Source: the human T2T-CHM13v2.0 reference genome, Homo sapiens. From it: a stretch of DNA of 64,000 nucleotides. The stretch lies in the NCBI RefSeq assembly GCF_009914755.1, contig NC_060927.1. The stretch is one strand, 5' to 3'. The notes under the pieces were generated by a model. It was not told the origin of the DNA. It was given only the letters and a program-made list of their open reading frames with translations, and did not search any database. The translations under genes and the position numbers were made by a program. Below are positions 16,154 through 35,298 of the stretch, piece after piece (the stretch's first letter is position 1; each line of letters opens with the position of its first letter).

Positions 16154-18587
16154 GAAGGAAAGAAAACTTCCTCCTGAATGCTAAAGGTGTGCTACAGGTG
16201 TTCCTCCTCAAATAATTGCACTGAAATCACTGACCCTCAGGATGTATTTCTTTGATTTTTCATCATGCCTTTTCCTGGGGGTCTGCAGGGAACATACCAT
16301 TGTTGAGATGGTTGCTTGGTACAGAGCCATGTGGATCTGCAGCCCCTCACCCTACACCCCACAGTCGCAAGTTCTTTACTTCTTAGATCACTTCGTTGTG
16401 TTTTCTCCCCATATTTTACTGTCTTGGGTCATCACCAACGTGATTTTTAGTTCCCCTGTAGTAGTAAATACATGTTTCAGTTACTGAAATGAGGGTTTTA
16501 TGATAAGAAAAATCATAAAAGCAGGGGTCACAAACAAGTTAAAGAATATAAAATATGTATGAAATTTTTAATTGAAAAATGGGCCTTTCTGTAATATAAT
16601 GATAGTGGCTGGCCAACTTGGGCTGCCTTCCTCCTTCTAGAGATATTTCTATTTTATCTCCATTTGGGGGTTCTTTTGGTGGAAAACATGGGCTTGTATT
16701 TCCATTTACCACTCTGCTGGATGGTGTTAAATGCCTGGAAAGCCTGGGAAGACTCCAGAATCTGAAATGTATGAAAGCTGGGAGGGAACTCTTAGGGTCA
16801 TCTGGTGGAAATTCCTTTGTGACAGATGGGGAAACAGAGGTCTAGAAAGTTGAAGATTCATCCAGAAAAAGAAAACAATCCATAGAAGAATGTCCAAGCC
16901 TTCTCACTCATAGGCCTGAGGTTATTCCTCTCTATAATGACCACAGGAGTCCCTGGGTCCTGGGACACTCTCTGATTCTGTATGTCTTTGTCTCTGTTGG
17001 GGAGAACCAGCAAGGTTTGGAGATGCCTGCTTCCTGAGGGCCCTGAAATCCATGGAGATGGACTGACTGCCCTTCTGCTAGTGCTTCTAGGAAGGGGAAT
17101 GTAGAGGTCAAACATGAAAGAGTGGCCTCTGGCTAGGCTGCCTCTAGATAATGAAACAGTAAGGACATTTGTTGAGAAGCCACACATGTATTTTGTCTTC
17201 CAAAGCTTTGGGACATTCATCAGCTTTCCTCAAACCTTCACTCCCCTCTGATGTTTCATTTGCACAGCCAAAGTGGAGTTGTGTTTCCAGTGTGTTCCTG
17301 GGATGCCTTCAGGATTTCTTGGAAACCTTAAGCAGATGGTTAAGTTGTGTGATCTCCATTTCCAGCCTCTGGAAAACCTGTGGCTAATATTCCACAATGG
17401 CCCTGGAATTTGGGGTGGCTTCTCAGTGACCTGGCTTCCGTGGCTTCTCTGGCAAAGATCAAAGACTTCAAAACAGTTGGAGCGTGTGAAATGATTGGTA
17501 ACTGTGCTCGGTTCTTCCACAGCTATTTGTTCTTGCAAGCCCAGGCTTTACATCTTTTTCCAAAAAGCGTACACGGCCTTCATTCTCCAGAGCGGTTGAA
17601 AAGCTAATAGACATTCTCATTTTATTCCACCCCTGACTACAGGCAACTCTATCACTGGATGAGTTTGTCTGAATTCCATTTGCTTAGGCTTTATGAAGTG
17701 AATAAATTTGAATTAATGTGGAGCTTTCTGAGGAGGGGGAAGATATGCTTTGAGAGGTTAAGCAATGTCTGTGTTAGTTTATATAAATGAATCTTTATGG
17801 GTGCAAATGTGCTCACACCACGTTACCATATTGGCTCTATTAGTTTATACAAAAATTTCATTAAGTGATGTGAAAATATACATATGGGGATTTCTACAAT
17901 GACTTCTTCCTTTTGAACAGCCAGATATTTACGTTCCTTTGGGTTTCATTGGCACACAAATGTATTTTCCCTCTTAAAGGTAACACTTGGAAGAAATATG
18001 CATCAAGAAATATGTCTATAACAACTCAAATTCCCAACAAATTACATTTGCTATATTTGGTAACTCTCTAACAGTGTTTCTTTCCATAATAATTGAAGCA
18101 GAATTGAGATGTCATAACCGAAACTGATACTGCAGACGCAGTTGTTACTTGGGAGCAGAGGAGGGGCAGTGAGAAGCATTTGGCTTTTCTGTAAGTTGAA
18201 ATTTTTGTTGTTGTATTTTTATCTGTAAATGATTAGGAATGGAACTGTGGTGAGTAAACTCATGAATGTTAATATGGCTATAGCTTCTGCTTCCGTAACA
18301 CTTAGTTATTCTATCCCTTATTACACTCTTACAGACGTTGATAGTTCAACAATTGGAGCTTTTAAACTAATGGAAGGCTTTCAACCAAGTAGAATGCCTT
18401 CATTACTAGCAAGCAGGGAGATCTGAATGTGAATTGAGGTGGTTTAAACCAATTTAAGGAAACATTTTTATAAAAGACTAATGCCCATAATTTATGTTTA
18501 TTTTCTGTTTTCTGTGATTTGAATAAATTAGGGCAGGGATTTATATTATTTGTCTTCTTTTCACATGCCTCACCCAGTGCCCACCTG

Positions 18588-18975
18588 CATTAGTCCATGA
18601 TAGCTCTGATAACAAACAAACCAGAAACCTCAGGGGATTCACACATTGAAGTTTATTTCTTGCTCATGTAAATGCCACTGGGTCTCGGAGCTCTCCAGGC
18701 AGTTCCTTTCCAACGAGTGACTCAGGGACCTAGGCACCTTTCATCCTGTAGCCATGTCATTTGGAAAATGTAGCTTCTGGAATTACTACAAGGGGAAGAG
18801 AGAATGTGGGAGACTCATAGCCCCCTCTCCTGTACTTTAGATAGGAAGTGACACACATCACTTCTGCTCACAACCCATTGGCCAAACCAGTCACATGCCC
18901 AACACCAATTACAAGGGATGCTGGGAAATGTAGCAGAGTGCATGGAACACTCTGTGAGCATTACTGTTCCCACCA
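18588..18975 (-). mobile_element. Old MLT1 LTR
   Basis: ataacaaacaaacc...gaagtttatttcttgctca...ggaagtgacacacatcacttctgctcacaacccattggcc motifs. Confidence 0.7.
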
Positions 18976-20806
18976 CCTTAACATGTCGCAGGGGCCTAGC
19001 AAATGCTAATTGAGAGAATGAATGAATGAATGAATGAGTGATGAATCCTTTTAAATGGCTTGGCATTGAGAGCATGCGATTGCTATTTTAAATTAATTGA
19101 AAAAGGATAGAAAATTGCTGGAGGAATATTAACCTTGAGGGCTTTTTGCATAAATTTGCACTTTTTGTATGCATTTGCTGTAAGAGCTTGTTGCGTAAGT
19201 CTAAATGCCACACAATGATTTTTTTTTGAGGTCTTGATGCACAGAGCCTAAAAAAATTTTGTTTTTGACCCTAAAGGCTTCTAAAGCAAACAGCATCTTG
19301 CAGTTGATTAGGTGGAAGTGTTTCTTAGCCTTTACGGGGTGCATGGTGGGAACAGACCTTGTTAAGGTTACATAGAAGGTTAACCTCCATTGACAAGACA
19401 AAATTGAAGTTGTTTTCTCTTGCCACAGAGCAGTTCCCCGATCTGTATTGTCAGCACAGAAGAGTTTATCCGTTTTCTCCAGAGCATTATCTCAAATGAA
19501 GTGTCAAGGCACTAAATGGATTTACCTTCTTGTATTATTTTTTATTTTGATGTTTAATTTTTTATCCTATTTATTTATTGTCATATGAAGTTAAAACAAC
19601 AACCACAAAAATAAATAGGGAAGTCTGAGAGAGAAAAATATCACAGTCTCACCATCTTTCACCTTGTTTCTTAGTAGTTGTTGCAAAACCCATAAGGAAT
19701 GTCATTGTGTTGTAATTTCTAATTTTTGTTTCCTTGACTTATGACTTCTCATTTCTGTAACTTATTATAATTCAGATAATAGGTCAACTCATTCAAACAT
19801 ATTCAGAACACCTACTAAATACAAGACAATGTATGATATAGGTATATTGTAAATAAATGACTGCTTTTCTATAAGATATTGTTAAATTGAAGTTCTGGAA
19901 AGTTGCCCGGAGCAACTCACCTGGAGTAAGCACTGAAATTGTTCACATCAGGTTTCAAGCATAGATTCTGTCACCTCCTAGCTGTAGGACCTTCAGATGG
20001 TTATGTAATCATGTTGTGCTGCAGTTTCCTTATGGGGTGAGATGGGTAGGAGGGTTTGAGTAAGACCTCAAGAAACCCTAAGCAATGAAACACTACGGTA
20101 CTCCCAGCATATCACCCTTAATGTAACTTTAAATAACATGGCCATTTTTTAAAAAGGACACAGGAACTACATAACATTTTTTTTCAGATTTTGGAAAATT
20201 CTAAATATGTCTAGAAAAACTTTTCTTTCTGTTCCATTCTCCTTCCTATTCTCCATGACCCCCTCCCCGCGGACTGTATCAGGTACAGCCTGTTGGAAAT
20301 CCAGCACCGCACATTAGGCACACCAGTGGTAAGTTTACTTGTTGAGTTATCACCTTTTTTTTCCTTTTAATCAGAGAGGCAGCTCTGTGTTGAAGATGCT
20401 AGGTAGTGATGGAAAAGACATTAGGAAAATTTGTTACCGTGGTAACCGGGGATGGACATCATGACCTTTTGTGATATGCATGCTGTGGCCTTGGTAGTCT
20501 CTTCCCCTAATTAACATCCTGTGAGAAACGTGAGAGTAAATCACCGGGGCAACTGGACCACTGCGATATTAAGTGTGAGAACATTCTAAATGGCAATAAT
20601 AATCATGATAATGAGGCCACATATTCTGTGTCTATCTTTTAATTGCTTCTTAACTCTTGTAACTGGAAATGGTGAAGTTATTATGATGTGGAAACTAGGA
20701 AGTGATTTATTTCTTACTTAAATTGGACTTTGTGCAGAAACCCTTTTTAGTCTGTTGTGAATTAGGAGAGTATGAGAGTTCCTTTGAAGAAGAACCACCT
20801 AGGTAG

Positions 20807-21107
<301 letters not shown>

Positions 21108-21531
21108 CACCTAGGTAGATAATTTTAAATACAGTTTACTACTACTAATAGGCAACACCAAAAATATGGATTTGCCTTAGAATCAGGGGTTATCATCATG
21201 CTTCAAGTATTATGCTCTAAAACCCAAGTACCCTGGTTGAGCCCTGTTCTTTCACATTTTGCCACTCAGTTTTGGATTCAAATTCATAGGAGAATTTTTT
21301 AACTTGAACCAAGGAAGTCTAGTTATTGGACACTAAAGGAACTATAGGATGGTTGGTCTTGTAAGCTGGCTTTCTGGTTTGTACCTGCAAGCCACATGTT
21401 CAGATTCAACTTATGGTTCTTGAGTGTGAGCCGTCTAGCAATCAGTGTCATTTACACTGATGATTTTATATATGATATGTTAGCTCAGAAAGTCCTTATG
21501 AAAACCCTCCATAGCATAGTATAATAGACAC

Positions 21532-21833
<302 letters not shown>

Positions 21834-22399
21834 TAAAGTCTCTGACAGACTAACAGTGACCCCCCAACAGCCCCTTCATTCATGAGGGTGGGCCCAATAA
21901 CTATGCACAACTTGACTCCTTTGCTTCCTGTCCTGTCCCTGCCCCCTGCATTCCTTTCCTAAGATTTGGGAATTGCACGAAAAATTTCAGCCTATTCCGG
22001 GCTAGTCTCTGAACAGAAAGACATAGACAGGGAGAAGCTGTGAGTGAGTAGTTCTCTTTTGTTCTATAAATGAATGGGCTAAGAAAGCCAGACTGTAAAG
22101 AGGAGACTGGTGCAAACACCTGGAGAGAAGTAGAAAGGAGAGGTGAGAGAGCTTTGCCCAGGAGTTGGAAGGCTTTTTTGATTCTGGTTCCAGGCCCTTC
22201 CTGACAGCTGGTTGCATTTAGTCCTTTGAATTCCATCAAGCACTTCCATATCTTAAGATAAATTCCATCACTTCCAAAGAAATGTCTTAACTAAAATGAG
22301 TAGATGTTGTTGATGCTTTTTCTCCTGGGAGAAAAACTGAGATTCAGGGAAGCCAACCTAACTGCAAGTGTTCACTGCAGTGTTGCTGAACACTTTCTC

Positions 22400-22875
22400 A
22401 GGACTCCAGCAACCCAAGTCAAATTAGAATAAAAAACAAAAAGGGAATGTATTGACTCACTAATCTAGGCGTTCCAAGATGTGACTGCCTTTCAGTATGA
22501 TTTGTCAAGGATTTCACCAGAATCATTTGATCAAACTTTACTCTTCCTTGCCAGCTCATGACTCTGTTTCTGTTAGGCTTTGTTCTCAGAAGAATGATCT
22601 CTGTGTGGGGCAAGATGACCACTGGCAGCCCAAAGCAGCAGCACCACATCTTGTGACCCTTGACCCAGGGTGCAGGGACCTCAGTCTCCCAGCATACCCA
22701 GCATTCCCTGGAAAAGGACTGTAATGGGCCAGCCTGGGTCATGTGCTCTTGAGTGGAGTGTGGCTGACAGGGCCCTCTTGATTGATAGCCCCTCTTGTAG
22801 TGGAGAATGGGGTTTCTAGTTCTGAAACAAGGGAGGAGAGATGCTGAGCAGGCCAAAGCAACCTTATTCACAGCA
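22400..22875 (-). mobile_element. Degenerate MLT1-like LTR
   Basis: Motifs tattgactcac, caagatgacc...ggcagccc, gggccagcctgggtcatgtgc. Confidence 0.45.
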
Positions 22876-23067
22876 TTTGCCTGTTTCTCTACCTGACAAC
22901 ATGGTAGAGAGAGAAATGCTGCTTAGATGAGTGACGCACTTCCATATGCTGATTTTCTCCTTAGGTATTAGTCACCTCCTTTTCCTCCTACTCTAGAAAA
23001 TAAGTCTTGATGCAGATGATTGGGGATGAACTTATTATTCACATAACCTTATACCCACTATGATTCA

Positions 23068-23405
<338 letters not shown>

Positions 23406-23689
23406 TTACTGTCGCTTGGGGACAAGTCCTGGAGTGGAGACTTCTGCTCTTGGATCCATATTATGAGGATAAGTGTGTCAACACAGTTTTTGACACAAGC
23501 CTACTTATTCAAATCATATTCGAGGGTCTCCCAACAACCAGGCCCTGGAGTTCCAACCATGAACAAGATTAAAAATATTTCTCTTCTTAGGGAGCTCAAG
23601 TTTCTAATGGAGGAGATAGACAGAAAGCTTAGGAACAATTTTAAACGCTTTAGATATTGAATGCAATAAAGAAAAAAAATAGGGGCATG

Positions 23690-23905
23690 GGCCTGTTGTT
23701 CAGTATGGTAGCCACAAGCCATGGGTGGCTATTTAAAGTTAAAGTAAAATTAATTAAAATGAAATAAGAGTAAAAAATCAGTTCTTCAGTCACACTGGTG
23801 ACCTTCACATGCTCAATGACCACATGTGGCTAGTGGCTGTTGTATCAGACAGTACAGGTACAGAACATGCCCATCATCATACAAAGTGCTGTTGGATGGG
23901 GCTGG
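23690..23905 (+). mobile_element. MER3 (hAT-Charlie) inserted in an L2 remnant (~23500-24260)
   Basis: ggtagccacaagcca..tggctattt, aaattaattaaaatgaaataa, cacatgtggctagtggct. Confidence 0.75.
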
Positions 23906-24629
23906 GCTTGGCAGTGACTGGAAAGGTACAGGAGGGTGTTTTCAGGAAAGGTCTTCCTGTGGAGCCAGCATTTGTGCTAAGACCTGAAGCCACCCATACA
24001 AAGGTCTTAGGGGAATAGGCTTCGAGGCAGGATGAACAGTAAATGCAAACATTCTGAAATGGTAATGAGCTTTGTCTATTTGAAGATCCAAAGACGGCCT
24101 GTGCATCTGGTTGAGTTAGAGAGGGAGGAAAGAGCTAGATCAAGCATGACCTTGGGTTATTCCATACCAATGGGATGGGTTGCTTAAGCAAGGTAGTTTT
24201 ATTTCATTTTAAAAGGATCATTCTGGCTGCTACGGGGCAGAGGGAAGCAAGGGTAGAAGGAGCACATAGGAGGACTTCCGAAACCAACTGATGAATGAAA
24301 GAACTGATGAAAGGCCCTGCCAGGCTGGGGTGTCCATTAGTCTGATATCTTCTTATGAGGGCTTTTTGGGTCATGATGGAGCCCTCAGGGGAGTTCCTAG
24401 CTACCTTATGAAACCCTCCATCATGGCATTAGACTGAACAGTGGCCCGACTAGCCTCACAATAGCCCAGGCCCTTGGACTCTACACAGTTCCCCTAACAG
24501 TCCATCCTGACTCTCTAGGTCATAGCTTGGCCCACTATTGGCTGCCCTTAGCCCCTCTGAGCTCCTGCCGTGTCCTCAGGCCACGGTAGGACATTGCTGA
24601 GGTGGGACACTCCCTTCTCTCTTTCTTCG

Positions 24630-25220
24630 CATTCCTTCAACAGTCTCTACTGAGTACCTGTTCTGTACTCTGTATTGTATTAGATACCGAGATTACAGTG
24701 GCACAGGAAGAAACAGCTATGCTTCCTCCAAACATGTATCTCACACTGTAGAGCAGAGGCCCTATCAACTGAGTAATCACTCAGATAAGTGTGCGATGAC
24801 CCCTGGGATAAGTACTATATGGGACAGGCTCGTGAGGCTCCAAGATCCCCAGTCAAGGAGTTCAGAGGCAGCTGTCCTAGGCACATGATAACTGAGCTGA
24901 ATCCAAGGAGGAACCAGGATTGTGTGAGCAGAAGGTGGAGCAGGTATCCTGGGCAAGGGGACCAGCATGGACAGAGACCACATGCATAGAGAATCATGGA
25001 GCAATGGAGCTACCAGCAGAGACCAGGGAGGCTGAATGGAGGGAGCAGCGGGGAGGTGGTGCTGGTGTGGCTGGCCAGGAGGGCAGAGGCCAGAGTGAGC
25101 AGGGCCTCATCAGCCGTGCTAAGGATCTTGTCTTGTGTCCTAAGAGCAGGAAAAAGTCCCTGAAGGATTGCATGCTGGGAGATGGCCCACTCAGGTTGGT
25201 ATTTCTGGAAGCTCGCTATG
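24630..25220 (+). mobile_element. L2 remnant
   Basis: cattccttcaacagtctctactgagtacctgttctgtac...; aaggatcttgtcttgtgtcctaagagcaggaaaaagtccctgaagg. Confidence 0.6.
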
Positions 25221-25378
25221 CCATAAGGAGATGATATTGAGGGGCCCAAAGTGGGTGCTGAGGGATCAGATGTGGGAGACGACTGTGTCTTCACCCTGGC
25301 TTTCAGCGTTTCCCTCTGTCCTCTGCCTGTCAGTCAGCTCCACTGCAATAGTGACTGCTGCCATTTGTTGGAACCCTG

Positions 25379-25458
25379 GTAGGTAGAACCACATGAACTT
25401 GCTGGTGTTCGGCACTTTTTAGCCCACAAAAGGGTAGTTTTATACAGTTCAATCTAAT
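25379..25458. mobile_element. MADE2 mariner-derived MITE (degenerate)
   Basis: taggtagaaccacatgaacttgc ... gtagttttatacagttcaatctaa, ~80-bp imperfect palindrome. Confidence 0.7.
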
Positions 25459-27387
25459 ATTGTGTGCCAGGCACTGAACTGAGTGCTTTTGACTTTCTCC
25501 ATTTATTTCTCTAGGAAACTTGACTATAATCTGGGTGGTTATAAACTCATTTTATAGATGCGGAGCTGAGAGGCTGTAGATAAGGAGCAGAGCTGGGGTT
25601 GGAACTCAGTGTGCTGGAGTTAAACACTTCACTCCATGGCTTTTAGAGTGAAATGCCCAGTGGCCAGCGAGGCCTGCAGAAAGCTGCAGTGGAAAGCCTT
25701 CATAAGTGGCTTGTTAAGTAGGCCATTAATACTTGTATTTGAATTTTCTCAGGCTGGAGATTCCAGATGGCTGGAAGAGGGCTATTCATTACCTATTTTT
25801 TTTAAAGGAACTGTGACACTTGGGGGATTATAAATGAGTTAATACTTAGAAATATTCTGGAACAGATCATTAAAAAAATCATTTTTCACATATGAGGAGA
25901 AAATGAGATGATTGAGTAGTAAGCAGACGGCACTAAACCTTTGGAGAGGGGCATGGCTGAGTAGCAATGATGTTACTTCCCCATAGGACACACATGCACC
26001 GGGAGCTGGGTGTTTGTTTGGCTCATGTAGAACTAGTATTCCTACTAATTTTTATTTTTTAATCTAAGTTGTAAAAAGCTGGCCATCATCCCAGAGCTGG
26101 GAAGAAGAAAACAATAAGGAAAAAAGGAGAAAATGAAAACACATTAGGAACCTGCTGCAGGCACTGTGTGGTGACTTGTGTACATTGTATCCCATTCGAT
26201 CACAGAAAGACCTGAGGAGGTGGGCGGCACCAATCCCACTTCACAGGAAGAGAAACAGTCCGAGACTCAGCAGTAAGCACCGTTCCATCCCTGCGCAGCA
26301 GGCTCCCACGCCCTGGCTCTCCGGGCCATACCAGGCCGGTTCCCGCTTCATGAATGGAATGCAGGGTTGAATCCAGGCAGAGGAAGGTGTCAACAGAATC
26401 AGGAGGTCCATCTAATTCTTCCTCTGGCTTGATCTAAATTGCCAGGGAGAGAGTGGGAAGGCTCTTCCTAGCTGGAGGTAAAACACAAAAATGTTTCCCT
26501 AAGTGGTACAGACAAGGACAGCCATGTCTGTTCAGTCATCTTCACACCTTTGACTGAGGACCTCTGGGCACTGTGCCTGGTGCCAGGACTGTGGAGGTGA
26601 GAAAGGCACCTCCACAGATGCTGGGAAGGACAGATGCTCCAGGAATCCAGGGATGCATAGGTGGCTACCTGTCCTTTGAGGGCTCACCAGTGGAGTGAAT
26701 ACCATGAGGGAAAGGTTCAAAGAACCCGCCAGTTTCCCCCATGGGGAGAAGAGTTCAGAGGAAGCGGGGTTGCTGGGAAGGGGAAAGGCTTCAGGGAGAG
26801 TGGGAGACCCTTGAGCCCTGCAGGTGTGATGGAGCCCATCACCATGGATTCCTGGTACTGAGTTCTTACTTCTCTTCCCTGTGCTGGATGCCGTGATAGG
26901 AGCTGGGCATACAACTGTGAAGGAGTTCACAGTTACTCCACGTTACAGATGAGGAGACTGAGGCACATATAAGGAATATATACGTATCTCATTATCCTAT
27001 CCATATTCTATATTCTCTCTCTCTCTCCTGTTGGTTCTGTTTCTTTGGAGAACCTTGACTAATAGTCACTTACTGAGTGGGCACTGGCTTTGCTGCTGAC
27101 CATGTGTTCTAGATCTTTCCGCCAGGCTGGATTTTTGGAGTAGGACTTGTTCTTAGGGTCAGTGGTGCATTGATGTGAGAGAAGCTCAGGTGCGCCTCTT
27201 AGGGAGTTTGCAGCCAGTTGGCTCTACAGCATGCACACAGGAAACAATGGGAGAAGCTACAGGAGGAATTTAATTTCCACGCCACAATGTGTGGAGCCTA
27301 GGAAACAAGCCCTTTGCGGTGGCACCTTGTATTTTTGTTACACAACTTACCCTGCAGGACAGGGAAGCAGAAGCCACCCTTGAAAAC

Positions 27388-27514
27388 ATGGTTTCTCAGC
27401 CTGGGCTGCACATTGGACTCACCTGGAGAGACTGAAAGAATCCTGCTGCTTGGACCTCTGTCCAGGGATTCAGAGTTCATTGTTCTGAGGTTTGGCCAGA
27501 GTTGAGAAGCACTG
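27388..27514. mobile_element. MER5-family (hAT-Charlie)
   Basis: tggtttctcagcctgggctgcacattggactcacctgg ... gttgagaagcactg. Confidence 0.7.
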
Positions 27515-27589
27515 TCTTAGGACACCTTGATTTCTGAGATTATGTGCTCTCACCTGAAAAGAGGGAACCAGAGCAGAGTTCAGGAAATG

Positions 27590-27800
27590 AGGGCTTGCGG
27601 GCCATGTCCTGCCAGCTGCCTGTTTTTATAAATAAAGTTGTATTGGAACACAGCCACACCCATTTTTAAAATGTATTGCATTTGGCTGTTTTTACTAAAA
27701 CAGCAAAATTGAATGTTGCCACAGAGACTGTCTGGCCTGCAAAACCTAAAATATTTACTATCTGGATAGTTCTTTGCAGAAAAAGTTTGCCAACCTCTAA
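27590..27800 (-). mobile_element. MER58A
   Basis: cctgtttttataaataaagttgtattggaacacagccac...aaaatatttactatctgg...aaagtttgccaacctct; strand assignment uncertain. Confidence 0.8.
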
Positions 27801-28983
27801 ACTGGGGAGTAATGAGTTTTGAAGGACGTAGGTGGTGGAGGAGAGGCTGGGCCACCAGTGAGAAGGTAGCACCCTTTCCTCTGGTTGAGATATAGACCTG
27901 GAAACTTTCTCAACACGCACAGGCAGTCACTGCCAGCCCACCAGGGAGGGCACGCAAACATAGCCTTTTTGCTGTCTAGGAGTTCTTCCTATAGAATCTG
28001 AAGCTTTGCTCTACATGGTTACAGGAGCCTAGATAAACTGGTGATTAGGCCAGAGCTGCTGGATTCTACAGGGGCAGAGGGCTGGGCTGGAGCAATGGAT
28101 TCCTTTCCCTGGTGGCACCTCTATCAGAATTGAAAATTGCCACTTTCTGTGACAGTGGCACTAAAGGAGAGGAACTCTGAAGGCAAGAGGGATGCCCAGG
28201 TGGTCCTTAGGGAAGCTGCAGAACTGTCAAGGTATAACAAAGCCAGGACCCTTGTTCTTTTCTTCTTATGGTGATGGCACAGACCAGCAATTCTGGACAC
28301 TTCTGGAGTCATCTTTACCATACTACTCTGGACCAGCTCCTCTGTCCAAATCTGTGACAGAAGCTGTGCAACGATAGGACCATGGCCTCCTACAGCTTTC
28401 CCTTATCCCAGGCCATAGGAGCCATTACTTATAGCGTGATCTTCCTCACCCTCTGAGCAGCTTTCCCTGGCCTCACCCGGCCTGAAGAGTTGATTGTGAA
28501 GGCAATTTTGTGGAGTGCAGGTCTTGTGAGAGGCCTGTGGATCAAATGGATTTTGACACTTTCATTTGGTCAACCAACAACTGATTACCAGTTGTCACCG
28601 CACGAGGACGTGCTCCATGTGACCCCAAACCCCAGTATTCAAACACTTTAACTTAGAAAGGGTTAAAGGCTCTGATAAGTCCTTCAATGAATAAACCTCT
28701 TTGCCTTTCCTTAAACTCAGCTCTCCCTGTATTTCCCAAACTTTGTTCATTGAAAAAGAAAAAACCTGTTTCCCTGTGAGTATGCTGTAGAATGACTTTC
28801 TGTTCTACAGCTCGTTCTCTGGACATGCTGCATCTGGGGCTGCACGGAGTGAGCCCAGAGAGAATGGAATGCCCAGAGAGAATATGCTACTTTAATTTCC
28901 ATTTACATTTAATGTCATTTTTGTAGTTTGTTTTATAATGTACAAATGTTAAGACAATGGCAGGTAGTACGTATGAGTTATAA

Positions 28984-29358
<375 letters not shown>

Positions 29359-29687
29359 TGATCAAAAATGTTTGGAATCCTTGGTCCAGAAAATAATGTC
29401 CAGTGCTTATTCCAGTATTCAGGACCTTCTGTGCCCTGGCCCCCACCTGTTTTTGTCTCTGAACTCCCCATTACTACCCTCTCATTCAGCCAATCTGAGA
29501 TATGTCCTATTCCCTTCCCTAGTTACCAGCTCCTATGCCTTTACTTCTCCTGTCTCCCTCCTTATCTTGGCACGTCCTAATCCTCCAATTTTCAAGGCCC
29601 AGCCTCGTGCATCTTTGCTGAAAATCTCTTCCAGTCAGAGAAGTTTTTAATAATTTCTGTCCCTTGAATATCCGACAGCATCCTGCT

Positions 29688-29896
29688 GCCTGGGTTGACC
29701 AACTACAGCCTGAAGGCCAAATCTTTTTTGCAACTTTGTAATTTTCTGGTAAATGGCTGGAGCACAGCCAGGCCCGTTTGTATTATCTATGGCAGCTGTC
29801 ATGCCACAACAGTACAGGTGAAGAGCTGCAACAAAGACTCTGAAGCCCAAAATATTTACTGTCTGACCCTTGACAGAAAAAGCTTGCTGGCCCCTG
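29688..29896 (-). mobile_element. MER58-family element, same orientation as the one at 27590
   Basis: gggttgaccaactacagcctgaaggccaaatc...aaaatatttactgtctgacccttgacagaaaaagcttgctggcccctg. Confidence 0.7.
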
Positions 29897-30616
29897 CCCT
29901 ATTGAATAACTTTTAAATACTTACTCATTGAACCACTTCCTGAGCCTGGGCCTGGGCCAGTATCTGGTGAACAACACACCCAGTACTTTGTCTCTGGTAT
30001 TTTATATGCCACATTTTGTCCCCTAGATTAGTTCTGTTGTGCTCCCATCACACTTAGTAGGTCATCAGACACACCCACAAAAGAATTAAATTTACTCGGA
30101 TGACATGGGGAACAAGGATTCAGAAATACTGAGGTGACTTGGACTAAACATGTCTTTTCCTGCATTGATCATATGGACAAAACCACTGAGCCTCATAATT
30201 AGAGCAATGCATTCCAAAGACTGAGAAATGATTCTTCTTGTTTGTACTGAATCAGCCTTTTCAAAATCAATACAGAAGAGACAAATGGGTTTGGGGAGGA
30301 GAAGCAGAACACACAATCGTCCCTGGTAAATGATGAGCGCCATTGAGCAAAATCATGCTTAGGCTTTCATCCCTATTTCATCTGCATTCTGGGCAGCGCA
30401 GATTATTCAATTAAATGGCAGTTTTGAAGCTGCTTTCAGAGAGCCTGTGCATGAACCATTATTCATTGTCCTTTGTCAAGCAGGCTGAGGCTTCATTTTG
30501 CTATTTTAACTTCCAGTTCTATGAAACGATGGAGTGAAGGCTTGAGTTTGGAAAAGGTAGATAATATGTGAAGCGCTTTGGTCTATGGAAGATTAAGACT
30601 TCCTTCAACAGGGTGC

Positions 30617-30996
30617 TGTATTAGTCTGTTTTCACACTGCTATAAAGAATACCTGAGGCTGGGTAATTTATAAAGGAAAGAGGTTTAATTGACTCACAGT
30701 TCCACATGGCTGGGGAGGCCTCAGGAAACTTACAATCATGGCAGAAGGGGAAGCAGGCCTGTCTTACATGGCGGCAGGTGAGAGAGAGGGAGAGAGAGAG
30801 AGCAAGCATGAAGGGGCATACTTATCAAACATCCACATCTCATGAGAATTCACTGACTGTCATGAGGACAGCAGGGGAAACTGCTCCCATGATCCCAGTC
30901 ACCTCCCATCAGGTCCCTCCCTCGACACCTGGGAATTATAATTTGGATTACAATTCAAGATGAGATTGGGTGGGGACATAGAGCCAAACCATATCA
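30617..30996 (-). mobile_element. THE1D/MSTA-type solo LTR
   Basis: TGTATTAG...CCATATCA termini; TSD GGTGC (30612-16 and 30997-31001). Confidence 0.92.
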
Positions 30997-31294
30997 GGTG
31001 CTGTGGGAAGAAGTGCTGCTGACATGTGTCCTAGAAAGCAGACTGCTTAAGAGAAGGGGTCCTTCCAATTGGCATTGAGCGGTTCATGGGCTGGTCAAGG
31101 TATTTCCGCACAGTGAGGAGTGCCATTGATTGGTCTTTCAGCAGAAAAGTATGATGTTTTTATTTCTGGGTGACATCTTACAGTGAATTTTGCTTTAAAA
31201 AATGGTTAGGGATGGAATTTTTTAACTTGAGTTCTGTTTCTATAAACTTCTTGAATTAATAATTCAAAAAGAATTGAAAGGTCTTTAGTGACTT

Positions 31295-35075
<3,781 letters not shown>

Positions 35076-35079
35076 GTAT

Positions 35080-35298
35080 TGCTACAGGACCAACCCCCAA
35101 TAAAAATCCTGAATGCTGAGTCTCTGTTAGACACCACTTCCAATGTATTATTACAACTCATTAATAGAAGAATTAAGTATAATCTCTGTGATTGCACTGG
35201 GGCAGAACTCTTGGAAGGTTGCACCTGGATTCCTTGGGACTTTGCCTCATGTACCCCTTCCCTTTGTTAATTTTTATTTGGATCTTTGTACTATAATT
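35080..35298 (+). mobile_element. MER21-like LTR fragment
   Basis: gaccaacccccaataaaaatcctg...gaattaag...actcttggaaggttgcacctgg...ccttccctttgtt. Confidence 0.65.

Noticed and set aside
28853-28883. Short tandem duplications (gcccagagagaat x2; also cagagtcacacc x2 at ~43697 and a ~24-bp duplication at ~57745)
   Set aside because: Ordinary slippage duplications with no functional motif.
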